Position numbers and translations under genes: made by a program. A DNA stretch of 64,000 nt from an uncultured Chlamydiales bacterium. GTDB lineage: Bacteria > Chlamydiota > Chlamydiia > Chlamydiales > Rhabdochlamydiaceae. The notes beneath the pieces are model-generated. The model was not told the DNA's origin, did not search any database, and saw only the letters and a list, made by a program, of their open reading frames with translations. The stretch's first letter is position 1, and each line of letters opens with the position of its first letter. Below are positions 1-8,400 of the stretch, piece by piece. The stretch covers positions 1,120,001 through 1,184,000 of the forward strand of contig OY969554.1 of NCBI GenBank assembly GCA_963700985.1. The letters run 5' to 3'.

Positions 1-291
1 TGCAATCATCAAGATCCAAGCCGCCAATGTGCTGCCACCTTTGCCAAGATATTTACGAATATTTTCGATTGCATTTTTCCTTTCAACAGCTGCCATGGAG
101 ATGATGGTTAATCCAATTATCCAAAGAATAATATTCCCAATACAAACTGAAATGACTGCTGTCCCTGCTCCATATATCACCGAGAGTTGCCCCCCAATTA
201 TTATCCCTGGTAAGCCTAAAGCTGTGCTTTGTATGCATGATAATTGCCAGAAATTTTGGTGGCGATCTGGTATGTGTTGATATTTTTCCAT
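1..291 (-). CDS. Purine/cytosine permease-like (NCS1/APC fold) transporter, 5' part only; runs off the window start
   Basis: Not in the ORF track. Manual translation from ATG at 291 gives MEKYQHIPDRHQNFWQLSCIQSTALGLPGIIIGGQLSVIYGAGTAVISVCIGNIILWIIG...KNAIENIRKYLG, which aligns with the N-terminus of the adjacent permease (PDTHQSSLQL...ANVILWVI...KSALDIAQDYLG). AAGGAAG lies just upstream. Confidence 0.75.
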   Translation of the reverse strand, partial: MEKYQHIPDRHQNFWQLSCIQSTALGLPGIIIGGQLSVIYGAGTAVISVCIGNIILWIIGLTIISMAAVERKNAIENIRKYLGKGGSTLAAWILMIA

Positions 292-298
292 TTCTTCC

Positions 299-1555
299 TT
301 ACGGCGAAGTCAACTTAACAAATGACCTTTTAAGAACGTTACTCACCGACAATCCTAAAATCACAACAGCTAAAATGGCTAGAACTCCGATCAATATTGG
401 TGGGTATTTTGTGGTCATTATGCCACAAAACTGGAGAATGTTTAGAGTCGTAGAAATTAGCCAGGCGAAAAAATAAGTTCCTTTTTCGAGACTACTTGGT
501 GAACGCCGAAACAATAGAGAGAGTACATAGGCTAAAACCAATACAAGACACAGATTTACAAGGGCATTATCGGTCGTATCTAGAAGTGAGTGCATAGAGA
601 AAATATTTGCCACAAGGATATATATTGTTGTTAGACCCAGGCCTAGGATTAGGTATTCTTTTCGACCTGCAAAGATTGGTGCAATTATTTCCCAGCCGAC
701 TGAAGATGAGTAAACGTTTGATACGTTTGCACATACGACTGAGACAAAAATCAAAATAATTATGAAAATTTTTTGCGCTGTACTGCTAGCTGCAAAATTT
801 ATACCTTCTTGAGACTCTAGCCACGGACTAATAACGGGCCCAAGAAAAAGCCCCGCGATGCTAATCGCTAAACTGACTAATTGGATAATGGTTAATGCAT
901 TGATAGATGTCTTCCATGAACGGCTATGCCGGAAAAATGTCGGTAAGTCAACGGTAATACCAAGGCTTGTTCCCAAGGCAATTGATAAGCCCATCAATGA
1001 AATGCCGACAGTCTCTGATGATATTGTTTGTAAGGGCGACGTAAAGAGTACTCCGATAAAAACTAAGATCAAAATAGGAAATGAAAAGACTGCTAACAGG
1101 CGAAGGACTACGATTCCTTCCATACAAAAAAGCGTGCTTAGAATTCCGAGAACAACGCTTGTTTGAATAAAACGATTAACGCCTTCTCCGGTATTTAAGG
1201 GAATGAGTTGAGTTAAGACATTGCTCGCCAAAGTTGTTTCAACAATAAACCATGCCAGAGTTGAAGCCAATAATAGAGCTCCAATGAAATAACCCCCAAT
1301 ATTTCCTAGGTAATCTTGCGCAATATCAAGAGCACTTTTTCGTCCTTTATAGCTCATAGAAATAATGCCATAACGAATGACCCACAGTATGACATTCGCT
1401 AACACAACTGTTACGACAGCATCGGTAAAATTCGTGAGGTGACGAATCAAAACACTCGATGCCAAAACGGGTAAACTAATAATACCTGTTAGCTGGATGA
1501 CGGCAAGCTGCAGAGAGGATTGATGAGTGTCAGGAAGCGTATGCGCTTTTGCCAT
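299..1555 (-). CDS. Cytosine/purine permease-like multi-pass transporter
   Basis: About 12 hydrophobic segments, D-x-x-x-F-F-R-H segment and N-V-Y-S motif resembling NCS1/cytosine permeases. ATG at 1555 follows GAGG. Confidence 0.7.
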   Translation of the reverse strand: MAKAHTLPDTHQSSLQLAVIQLTGIISLPVLASSVLIRHLTNFTDAVVTVVLANVILWVIRYGIISMSYKGRKSALDIAQDYLGNIGGYFIGALLLASTLAWFIVETTLASNVLTQLIPLNTGEGVNRFIQTSVVLGILSTLFCMEGIVVLRLLAVFSFPILILVFIGVLFTSPLQTISSETVGISLMGLSIALGTSLGITVDLPTFFRHSRSWKTSINALTIIQLVSLAISIAGLFLGPVISPWLESQEGINFAASSTAQKIFIIILIFVSVVCANVSNVYSSSVGWEIIAPIFAGRKEYLILGLGLTTIYILVANIFSMHSLLDTTDNALVNLCLVLVLAYVLSLLFRRSPSSLEKGTYFFAWLISTTLNILQFCGIMTTKYPPILIGVLAILAVVILGLSVSNVLKRSFVKLTSP

Positions 1556-1757
1556 ATAAGCAGAGACCTCTTTTATAGCTCCATAGTTTGCCACCATAAT
1601 CAAAGGTCGAGAAAAATTGTATATAACTTTTTCTAAGGCGAGTGCTTTTAGATTTTGCAAGAGGTGGTGAGGCAAAAAGCAAAAACCTTCATTGCGAAAA
1701 GCTAGTTCTCGCTACCTATTTCTTTTCAGCTTCGGAATTGAGCTAAAGGGCTTTGGG

Positions 1758-1881
1758 CTTGGTGGCTAGAACCTCGAGTGAATCAACTTGCTGGGTCAGT
1801 TGGGTTTGTTGGAAGTCGATGCAGAGGTGTTCGGGATAGGCGTTGGTAAATTGAATGTGAAATCCTGAGGGGATCAGATGG
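1758..1881 (-). pseudogene. 3' fragment of a paralog of the methyltransferase at 4232..4882
   Basis: Clear nucleotide similarity to about 4235-4361, including the shared gttggaagtcgatgcagag, tcgggatagg and gaaatcctgagg stretches. No 5' part present. Confidence 0.8.
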
Positions 1882-2021
1882 GTACACTCTTAATGAATGT
1901 CCATACGATCATCCTTCACGCCATGGGGATGGAAGATGCAGTCAGAAAAGTTGGGTTTTCAGTAGTTACCGTTCACTTCGATAAGTGTAGAATTTTCCCA
2001 ACTATTTATGCAGTGAAGTAG
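1878..2021 (+). pseudogene. Probable C-terminal gene fragment, methyltransferase-like
   Basis: 47-codon ORF MGTLLMNVHTIILHAMGMEDAVRKVGFSVVTVHFDKCRIFPTIYAVK resembles the G-x-L-L...GF-x-V-V C-terminal half of class I methyltransferases. It begins at the breakpoint of the neighbouring fragment. Confidence 0.35.
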
Positions 2022-2129
2022 AGCTGATTTTCTTTGGAAGAGATGAGTAGTGATCTAACTAAAAATCAATCGAAAGCAGTCGCCATTGGACCTATAGACC
2101 TTGTCATGCTGACAAGGTCCTGAAACTCC

Positions 2130-2185
2130 TTGACATAAGTGATGCGGATGTTTCAAGCTTAGCACTCCAGAAGACCGAGTGCTTA
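2130..2185 (+). promoter_or_regulatory. Sigma66-type -35 box (TTGACA, 2130-2135) plus CIRCE / HrcA operator (2159-2185)
   Basis: TTAGCACTC-cagaagacc-GAGTGCTTA matches the CIRCE consensus TTAGCACTC-N9-GAGTGCTAA at 17 of 18 positions. It lies 35 nt upstream of the ATG at 2221. Confidence 0.8.
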
Positions 2186-2220
2186 AAAATGCCTTAAACC
2201 ACAGAAAAAGGATTGTTGAT

Positions 2221-2811
2221 ATGACCAAAAATAGAGAACAGCCACAACCCAATGCTCCATCAATACCAAGTGATCCGAAACTATCGAGTGGAGAAATAAA
2301 TGCCTTGTTAAGCGCCTTAAACAATCTATCGGTCAAGTTAGGAGAAGCAACAGGGGCAATTGTCTTTGTCGAAATCCAAATGCGTTTAATCTGTCAGTTA
2401 TCTGAACCAGCGCGGATAAAATTAGTTGAACATACAGCAAAGTCTCGAGATAATAGAAAATCATATTGGGAATGTGATCCGGCGCCCCTAGCCCAAGCAA
2501 TAGCTGACATATTTAAAGCAGTTTTGAACGATGAAGAACAAAAGCAAATTCTAATAATTCCATCGTTAAGAGCCAAACTCCTCCATGGTGAATTAATCGG
2601 TCTGCTGGAGCGTTTGGGAGTAAATCCGCTAAGCCGACAGATGACTTTATTAGCAGGTAGTCTTCAGGCGCAGAAAGTAGAAGCCAAGGACATCGTAGAG
2701 GCTATCAAATGCATCGATCGGAATGATGGCTTGGGAAAAGTACGGCGTCATGCATTGACAACGTCCGGTATTCTTGAAAGAATTATCAAGAATCATCTTT
2801 GCTCTAACTAA
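2221..2811 (+). CDS. Hypothetical alpha-helical protein, possible HEPN-like domain
   Basis: 196-aa ORF with AAGGA RBS. Contains E-x3-R (EIQMR) and R-x4-H-G (RAKLLHG), reminiscent of HEPN motifs. Confidence 0.6.
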   Translation: MTKNREQPQPNAPSIPSDPKLSSGEINALLSALNNLSVKLGEATGAIVFVEIQMRLICQLSEPARIKLVEHTAKSRDNRKSYWECDPAPLAQAIADIFKAVLNDEEQKQILIIPSLRAKLLHGELIGLLERLGVNPLSRQMTLLAGSLQAQKVEAKDIVEAIKCIDRNDGLGKVRRHALTTSGILERIIKNHLCSN

Positions 2812-2830
2812 GAGAACATAAAAGGCGATA

Positions 2831-3181
2831 TTATTTTGGTTTGTAACTGAATGTTTTTAAAACGTCTTTTGCTAAGTTCATAATTTTTGTCCATTCTGGA
2901 GTATCTATGAATTCTTCCGGAAAATCATTTTTATCGGCGAAAATCCTAAATTCATCATGGAACTTTTTTAGAATTTGGTATTGACTTTGTGAAAGTCCAT
3001 AATCTTGATAGTTTTCTAAAATAGGGCCACCATCTCCGAAAAAATCATTGACGGCTTCATCAAAGTCATGGCATTCCGGACCTGTTCCTTCTATCCATAT
3101 CTTTTTTTGATATTCTTTATTAGAAATGCAATAAAGATTTCGCAAAAACTCTTCAACTACATCTTTTCTATTAATTTCCAT
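2831..3181 (-). CDS. Orphan immunity-type protein (SCO4402/CdiI-like)
   Basis: Small acidic protein with S-x-x-E-Y-Q-x-x-x-W, FDEAVNDFF and P-E-W-x-x-I-x-x-x-A motifs. It overlaps an upstream toxin-tip remnant. Confidence 0.6.
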   Translation of the reverse strand: MEINRKDVVEEFLRNLYCISNKEYQKKIWIEGTGPECHDFDEAVNDFFGDGGPILENYQDYGLSQSQYQILKKFHDEFRIFADKNDFPEEFIDTPEWTKIMNLAKDVLKTFSYKPK

Positions 3182-3250
3182 TTATATGGCTCTTATAAAC
3201 AAACTCTTCAAAGGGTATATGAGCTTCGGGAGCATCTGATGATTTATCAA
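3171..3250 (-). pseudogene. Remnant of a polymorphic toxin C-terminus
   Basis: Manual translation ...IDKSSDAPEAHIPFEEFVYKSHINGN*. The stop overlaps the start of the immunity-like gene. Compare the RHS tip end GGHIPLENLYYK* at 16603. Confidence 0.5.
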
Positions 3251-3280
3251 TTAGGCACGAAAATTCTGGCCGACAAGTCG

Positions 3281-4219
3281 CTACCTAGTTAGCCACTCTA
3301 AAGCCAAATCAACCTCATTTTGTTCTTGGTAAAGATTATTGATTTTTTGTCGGTCCATCTTATATTGCTCGAATAGCTCTTTGTCAGTTGGATAGAGTCC
3401 GTAAGTTCTAAAGACAGGCAAAAAGAAAGCCTCACTAGTCGGGCCATATATTTGTCCTATCTCTTGGTAAAAATTCGAAGAAAACGAGGCAAAAAAATCA
3501 CCCTGCTTACCAGGCGTATTGTCATATTGGATCATCCATTCGAAAAACCAAGAATTATCTCTTCCAAATCCTAGGAGGATTCCGAGTAGGACGTGATGTT
3601 TTTGTACATCATTCCAAAATTTGGAATCTCTGTTTTCAACCTCGAAAACAACTTGAAAGGGATCAAAGCCATAGCCAAGAACCCTCCGAAAATCGATATA
3701 ATTTGCAAGAAGCGTTCTTATCATTTGCTCGATGTTCACAAAGAATAGATTATCAATGCTGTTATCATATCGATTGGGGAACCTTCCAAATAAGTATTGA
3801 CTGACTGGAAAGCGACGCTTGATTTGCTCCCACTTCTGAAAATTTGCCTTAAGATCAAAATGCTCTCTTTTCAAAACAATGAGTCTCTCTTTTTCTTCGG
3901 AGGAAAGAGATTCAATCCGTGCTTTGTGTTCAGCTAGTTCTGCTTCTGTAGCTGGATCTTCGAGAAGAGACCAAGACATTGGTTTAGTCCCATATAAGAC
4001 GTAAGCTCCGGGATCATCAAACAAGAGGTCATGGAAAAATTCTCGAAGCCAAACACGTTCTTCATTGGTTACATCAAACTTAGAAGTAGAAGATGTAGCC
4101 GTCTCAGATGCTGAGCACAAATTGGCTACAAATGGCGAAAGCGGACAGAAAAACACAAGCAGCAATAGGCTATTCTTACAGACAATGCTGAAGCTTTTAG
4201 CGAGAAATTTTCTCTTCAT
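3281..4219 (-). CDS. Hypothetical exported protein
   Basis: About 312 aa, with a basic then hydrophobic N-terminus and AYVLYGTKPMS and LLGILLGFG segments. GAGGG RBS. Confidence 0.7.
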   Translation of the reverse strand: MKRKFLAKSFSIVCKNSLLLLVFFCPLSPFVANLCSASETATSSTSKFDVTNEERVWLREFFHDLLFDDPGAYVLYGTKPMSWSLLEDPATEAELAEHKARIESLSSEEKERLIVLKREHFDLKANFQKWEQIKRRFPVSQYLFGRFPNRYDNSIDNLFFVNIEQMIRTLLANYIDFRRVLGYGFDPFQVVFEVENRDSKFWNDVQKHHVLLGILLGFGRDNSWFFEWMIQYDNTPGKQGDFFASFSSNFYQEIGQIYGPTSEAFFLPVFRTYGLYPTDKELFEQYKMDRQKINNLYQEQNEVDLALEWLTR

Positions 4220-4231
4220 ATTCATACCCTC

Positions 4232-4882
4232 TTACTTGGTGGCAAGGACTTCGATAAGCGAGTCAAGTTGCTGGGCTAGTTGGGTTCGTTGGAAGTCGAT
4301 GCAGAGCTGCTCGGGATAGGCTTTGGTAGATTGAATGCGAAATCCTGAGGAGGTCAGATGGTTTTGGATAGATTCTTGGGTGTGAAAATATCGGCTGTAG
4401 GTGTGTCCGTTGGAGGTATAGGTGGTCATTCGAGTTTCTTGATCATAGGCTGCATCTGGGGTTTTGGCTTCGAAGCAATCGGTGGAACGCACGACTACGA
4501 ATATTCTGCCGCTGGGTTTTAGCACACGATAAAGTTCTTGTAGGGTTTGTTCGAGGGTGTGTCTGGGAAGGTAATGAAGAACTAGGCGTGCGTAGATAAA
4601 ATCGAAATGGTCATCTGTGTAGGGCAGCGGCTTGGCTACATCTTCTAGCTTGATATCGATTTGTCCAAGAAGCCCGGCTGATTCAACATGCTCTTGGGCA
4701 AATTTTAAGCCATTTGGATCGATGGTAGTGGCAACTATCTGACGTTTAGGGTTTGCATGCGCCATGCGCATTTCTGCTACGCCCCCGGTTGAAATGCCAA
4801 CGCTATAAACTAATCGATCAGCGTCTGAGAGTGCTGCAATGCCGTTATTTTCACTGATGGAAGGATATGTCAACTTATTCAT
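4232..4882 (-). CDS. Class I SAM-dependent methyltransferase
   Basis: Degenerate motif I (YSVGISTGG), DVAKPLPY-x-DDHFDFIY, VLHY and RVLKPSGR motifs. Confidence 0.85.
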   Translation of the reverse strand: MNKLTYPSISENNGIAALSDADRLVYSVGISTGGVAEMRMAHANPKRQIVATTIDPNGLKFAQEHVESAGLLGQIDIKLEDVAKPLPYTDDHFDFIYARLVLHYLPRHTLEQTLQELYRVLKPSGRIFVVVRSTDCFEAKTPDAAYDQETRMTTYTSNGHTYSRYFHTQESIQNHLTSSGFRIQSTKAYPEQLCIDFQRTQLAQQLDSLIEVLATK

Positions 4883-5008
4883 GCGTCTTCATTTTTCATC
4901 AATAAATCAATTTTTTGCAGCTGAAATAGAATAGTGCCTTTCATGAAAGCACCACTTTCCTTCGATGAAAATGATCTTTCTAACTCACATTCAATGGAAA
5001 ATTTACTC

Positions 5009-5476
5009 CTAATTTTTTGGATCTCTGCTTTGAAAGTCTGACATAAGAAACTCTACCTCTTTATATTTTTTCGCTAGTTGATCGATCCAATTTGTATCTC
5101 TTGAAAAAACTTCCCAAAACCCACCGTCAATCATCTCGATAACAGTATCGCAAGTTTCATACATTTTTTGATCTTCTTTATATCGATGAAGATTTTCTTT
5201 AATTCTACATCCAATAATAAGAACCTCAATTTCCTGGAAAATTTTTTTAGAAAGCTCAACTAATGATTCAAAGGTGCAAGTAAGCCCTTCTTCAGACTCA
5301 TTGACTTTTTTTTCTAGTTCACAGATCAGCTTTCCTTCTTTTTTAATGGGAGTTACATCAAACCATAATAATGCCCAATTGAACTGATTTGCATATGGAA
5401 TGTCTACTAATATCTCAGAAAGAGGAATACACTTCCCATCCCTTATATCAGATACCCTGAGTCCCTTAGTATTCAT
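5009..5476 (-). CDS. Putative cognate immunity protein of RHS toxin 1
   Basis: Small acidic ORF whose ATG overlaps the toxin stop (ATGA at 5476-5473). Contains the I-E-M-I-D-G-G-F-W-E-V motif. Confidence 0.7.
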   Translation of the reverse strand: MNTKGLRVSDIRDGKCIPLSEILVDIPYANQFNWALLWFDVTPIKKEGKLICELEKKVNESEEGLTCTFESLVELSKKIFQEIEVLIIGCRIKENLHRYKEDQKMYETCDTVIEMIDGGFWEVFSRDTNWIDQLAKKYKEVEFLMSDFQSRDPKN

Positions 5477-8400
5477 AAATAGTTCCATCCCGTTACAGGT
5501 TGACCTTTGGGATCTCTAATAGGAGTTCCTCCGGTAGGATTTGGTTTATGTTCGTGTTGATGAGGATTTGGATGATTCTGAGGCCGGCCGTGGTCGGTAA
5601 AATCAATATCGCGCACTGGATTACCATGCTCATCAAATTCCCTTGCTTGAGGATATTCCCCTTTACGCCCTCCTTTTGTACCAAGTTGAGTATGTGGAGC
5701 ATCTACATCCGGAATATGCACTCCATCAGGAGTATTGGGCAATGGCCTATCTGGCACATATACATTAGTGTTCTTTTTTGCCTGAATAAGGGCATTTGGT
5801 ACCAGGCCAAAGATGTTTTGGGCGGCTCCATTAATTGCTTCGTTTGTGGAGTTTCCTGAACTGATTAAATGCTGGTCGATCTCGTAGCTCACAAAAGCTG
5901 TCACCGCTGCAACAGCAACTAACTTCCAAGTTAGTGCCAATAGGGGAACGGCAAATATAAATTGCCCATCGGGATCGACATAATGGAAGGGGTTGTTGAG
6001 GACATACTGGTAGAGGTTGATGCTGTCGATGAAGCCGGCGGGGTCGATGGTTAGCCAGCGGGAGCTAGCGGGGTCGTAGTAGCGCTTACCGAAATAGATG
6101 AGGTTTAGTTCGGGATCGAAGCGTTTGGAAGCATAGCGCCAGGGGTTGAAATAGCTTTCTGTTTTTGGGTTCAGTTCTTCGCCAAAGGCGGTGAAGGTGT
6201 AGCTGTGGGAGCAGGATTTATAGTGGAGATCGATGAGGCGGCAGATGCTGCCTTGGTAGTCGATGATGGGTGCAAAGGTTTGTCCTCCTATCTCGATGGC
6301 GATGGTTAAGGGGAATCTTTTTTGGTTTCTGAGGCCGAGGATGCGCAGGTTTACGGGTGCTGAAGTGGTTGTAAAGGCACCGATCTCATTTTGTCCATCA
6401 TAGAGGTAGTGCTCTTGGGTAGTGCGTGTTCCCCAGAAAGAGGGGGCTCGCACGGTTTTGCTGAGGCGTCTATCGAGTGGGTCGTAGGTGAACTCGACAG
6501 TGACTTCAGCATTCTCGGCTTTGATGAGGCGGTTTAAAGGATCGTAGGTGAAATTAAAAGCCCCTGAGGGGCTTTTTTTGAGGATCTGGTTGCCATTTAG
6601 GTCGAAGGTATGTTGGAGATCACCTGAAGTAAGCAGCTCGTTCAGGGCATTGATTTCGCATGTTTGGGTGTTTTTCTTGGTGCGGTTGTAGAGAGAATCA
6701 TAGGCGTAAGAGGAGCTATTTTCTGAGGTGAGCTGCGCTAGATCATCGTAGGTGTAGGTTTGTGGGGTTGTGTCGATGTGTCTGCTAAGAAGGTTGCCAC
6801 AGGGGTCAAAGCTGTTTTGTTGGAGGAAATAGCTGCTGCTTGTGGAAAGGTTCTGGCCTTTCAAATCGGTGCTATGCATGACTTGGCCAAGGTTGCCAAT
6901 CAAGCTTTCAACTACGAGATTGCCATCTTGATCGTATAGGTCGTAGCTATGGGTATAAAGTATTTCTCCAGAATAGGAAGCACGTGTGACGTTTCTTAAG
7001 AATAGTGGGTCGTATGTGTAGATCACTTTTCCTTTGTCAGGGAGAGTCAGAGTTATAGGTCGATCAAAGGCATCATAGGTTTTTTCGATTGCGAGGCCCC
7101 CTGGGAAAGTTTCTTTTAATATGTTGCCGGAGGGGTCGAGTTCTCGTTGGATAGAGCTTTTCTGCACTTCATCTGTGGCGGTGAGAAGTTGTCCTAAACA
7201 ATTGCGCAGGAAGGAGAATTGGATCTTTCCGTCGGAAGAGTGTAGATTTTGAAGGTGACCCATTGGGTGATAAGCATAGTTGAGGCATATGCCATCGGGT
7301 AAGGTTTTGCTTGCGAGTTTACCGGCAGGGGTATAGGTAAAAGTGGTTGTTCTGCTGTTGCTAGTATTAAAGGCACGAGTTAAAGATGCTGTTTGGTTTC
7401 GGTTGTTATAGGTGTATTTAGCGAGTTGGGTGTTTTTGTAGAGAGTATTCTCGTAAACGTGATCTTTTCTTAGAGTTAGGTTGCCGCTCGGATCGTAGAT
7501 TATTTCTTGGCGTGAGATGAGGACGTTTAGAGGATTTAAGATCTCTTTTTTGACCAACCTGCCATGTGCATCCTGCGTCTCAACCCTGATAATGTTACGT
7601 GGATCGGTTTCTACAATTTGGAGAACTTTTTGACCTAGTTGGTTGGTGTAGTTTTCATCATAGGTGGTTTTGGTCAAATAGCCCAGCGCATCTTGTTCCT
7701 CGATCTGTCTATGAAAAGAGTCGCATGTAAACGTGTGAATGGCTTCCTTGCCATTAATGTAACGGGTGATTGTGTTCTGGTTGCCATCTTCGTCATAGGT
7801 ATACGACACCCTGGTAAGCGGCTGACCTAAAACATCTGTTTTAGACTCCTCTATAAGACGTCCTTCAACGTCTCTTTTGTAATGAATCAGAAGTGTGTTA
7901 TCTCCATTGTATTTGTGGATGGTTGCAAGTTGGCCAAGGATGTCATAACTAAAATCGCTGATTTTGCCGCCAAACTCCTCGCGGGTTTTCCTGCCAGCAC
8001 CATCATAGAAGTATTGGATTAGATTGCCTTCTCTATCGGTTTCTGTAAGGAGATTAAAGCCGTTGTAGGTGAAAATTTCCTCGGCAATCGCGCTGCCGTC
8101 GGATGAGATGTATGTTTTTGAAAGCGTTCTGCCAAGTACATCATTTTGATACTGAACTGTAAGTCCATCAGAATCTGTATGTCGGGCGAGTTTTCCATTC
8201 TTGAAATAACGAAAGTGCTCTTTGCTGCCGTCTGGATATGTGATCTCAATTGGAGATCCATACGCGTTATAGCGATAGGTGGTTACATTCCCATTGGCAT
8301 CTGTTTTAGTTAGTTCTCTTCCGAAGGGATCATAGCTTGAGAATGTGGTAACAGAAGAGGCTTGGCCTTCTGCAGAAATAACTGATGGAAAGTCGGTGCA

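Noticed and set aside
1556-1675. 40-aa N-terminal extension of the permease in the ORF track
   Set aside because: The ATG at 1555 has an RBS and aligns with the start of the paralog.
1556-1760. Possible TPP or purine riboswitch upstream of the permease operon
   Set aside because: No recognisable aptamer core or terminator/antiterminator found on the minus strand by eye. An Rfam scan would be needed.
4888-4975. Weak dyads (gtgcctttcatgaaagcac and tcattttcatc-like arms) upstream of the methyltransferase
   Set aside because: Short, AT-rich and imperfect, so could be chance.
5990-6150. GC-rich patch in the RHS1 core as a sign of foreign origin
   Set aside because: The equivalent RHS3 segment is similarly GC-rich (35/60 versus 34/60 in sampled lines), so amino-acid composition explains it.
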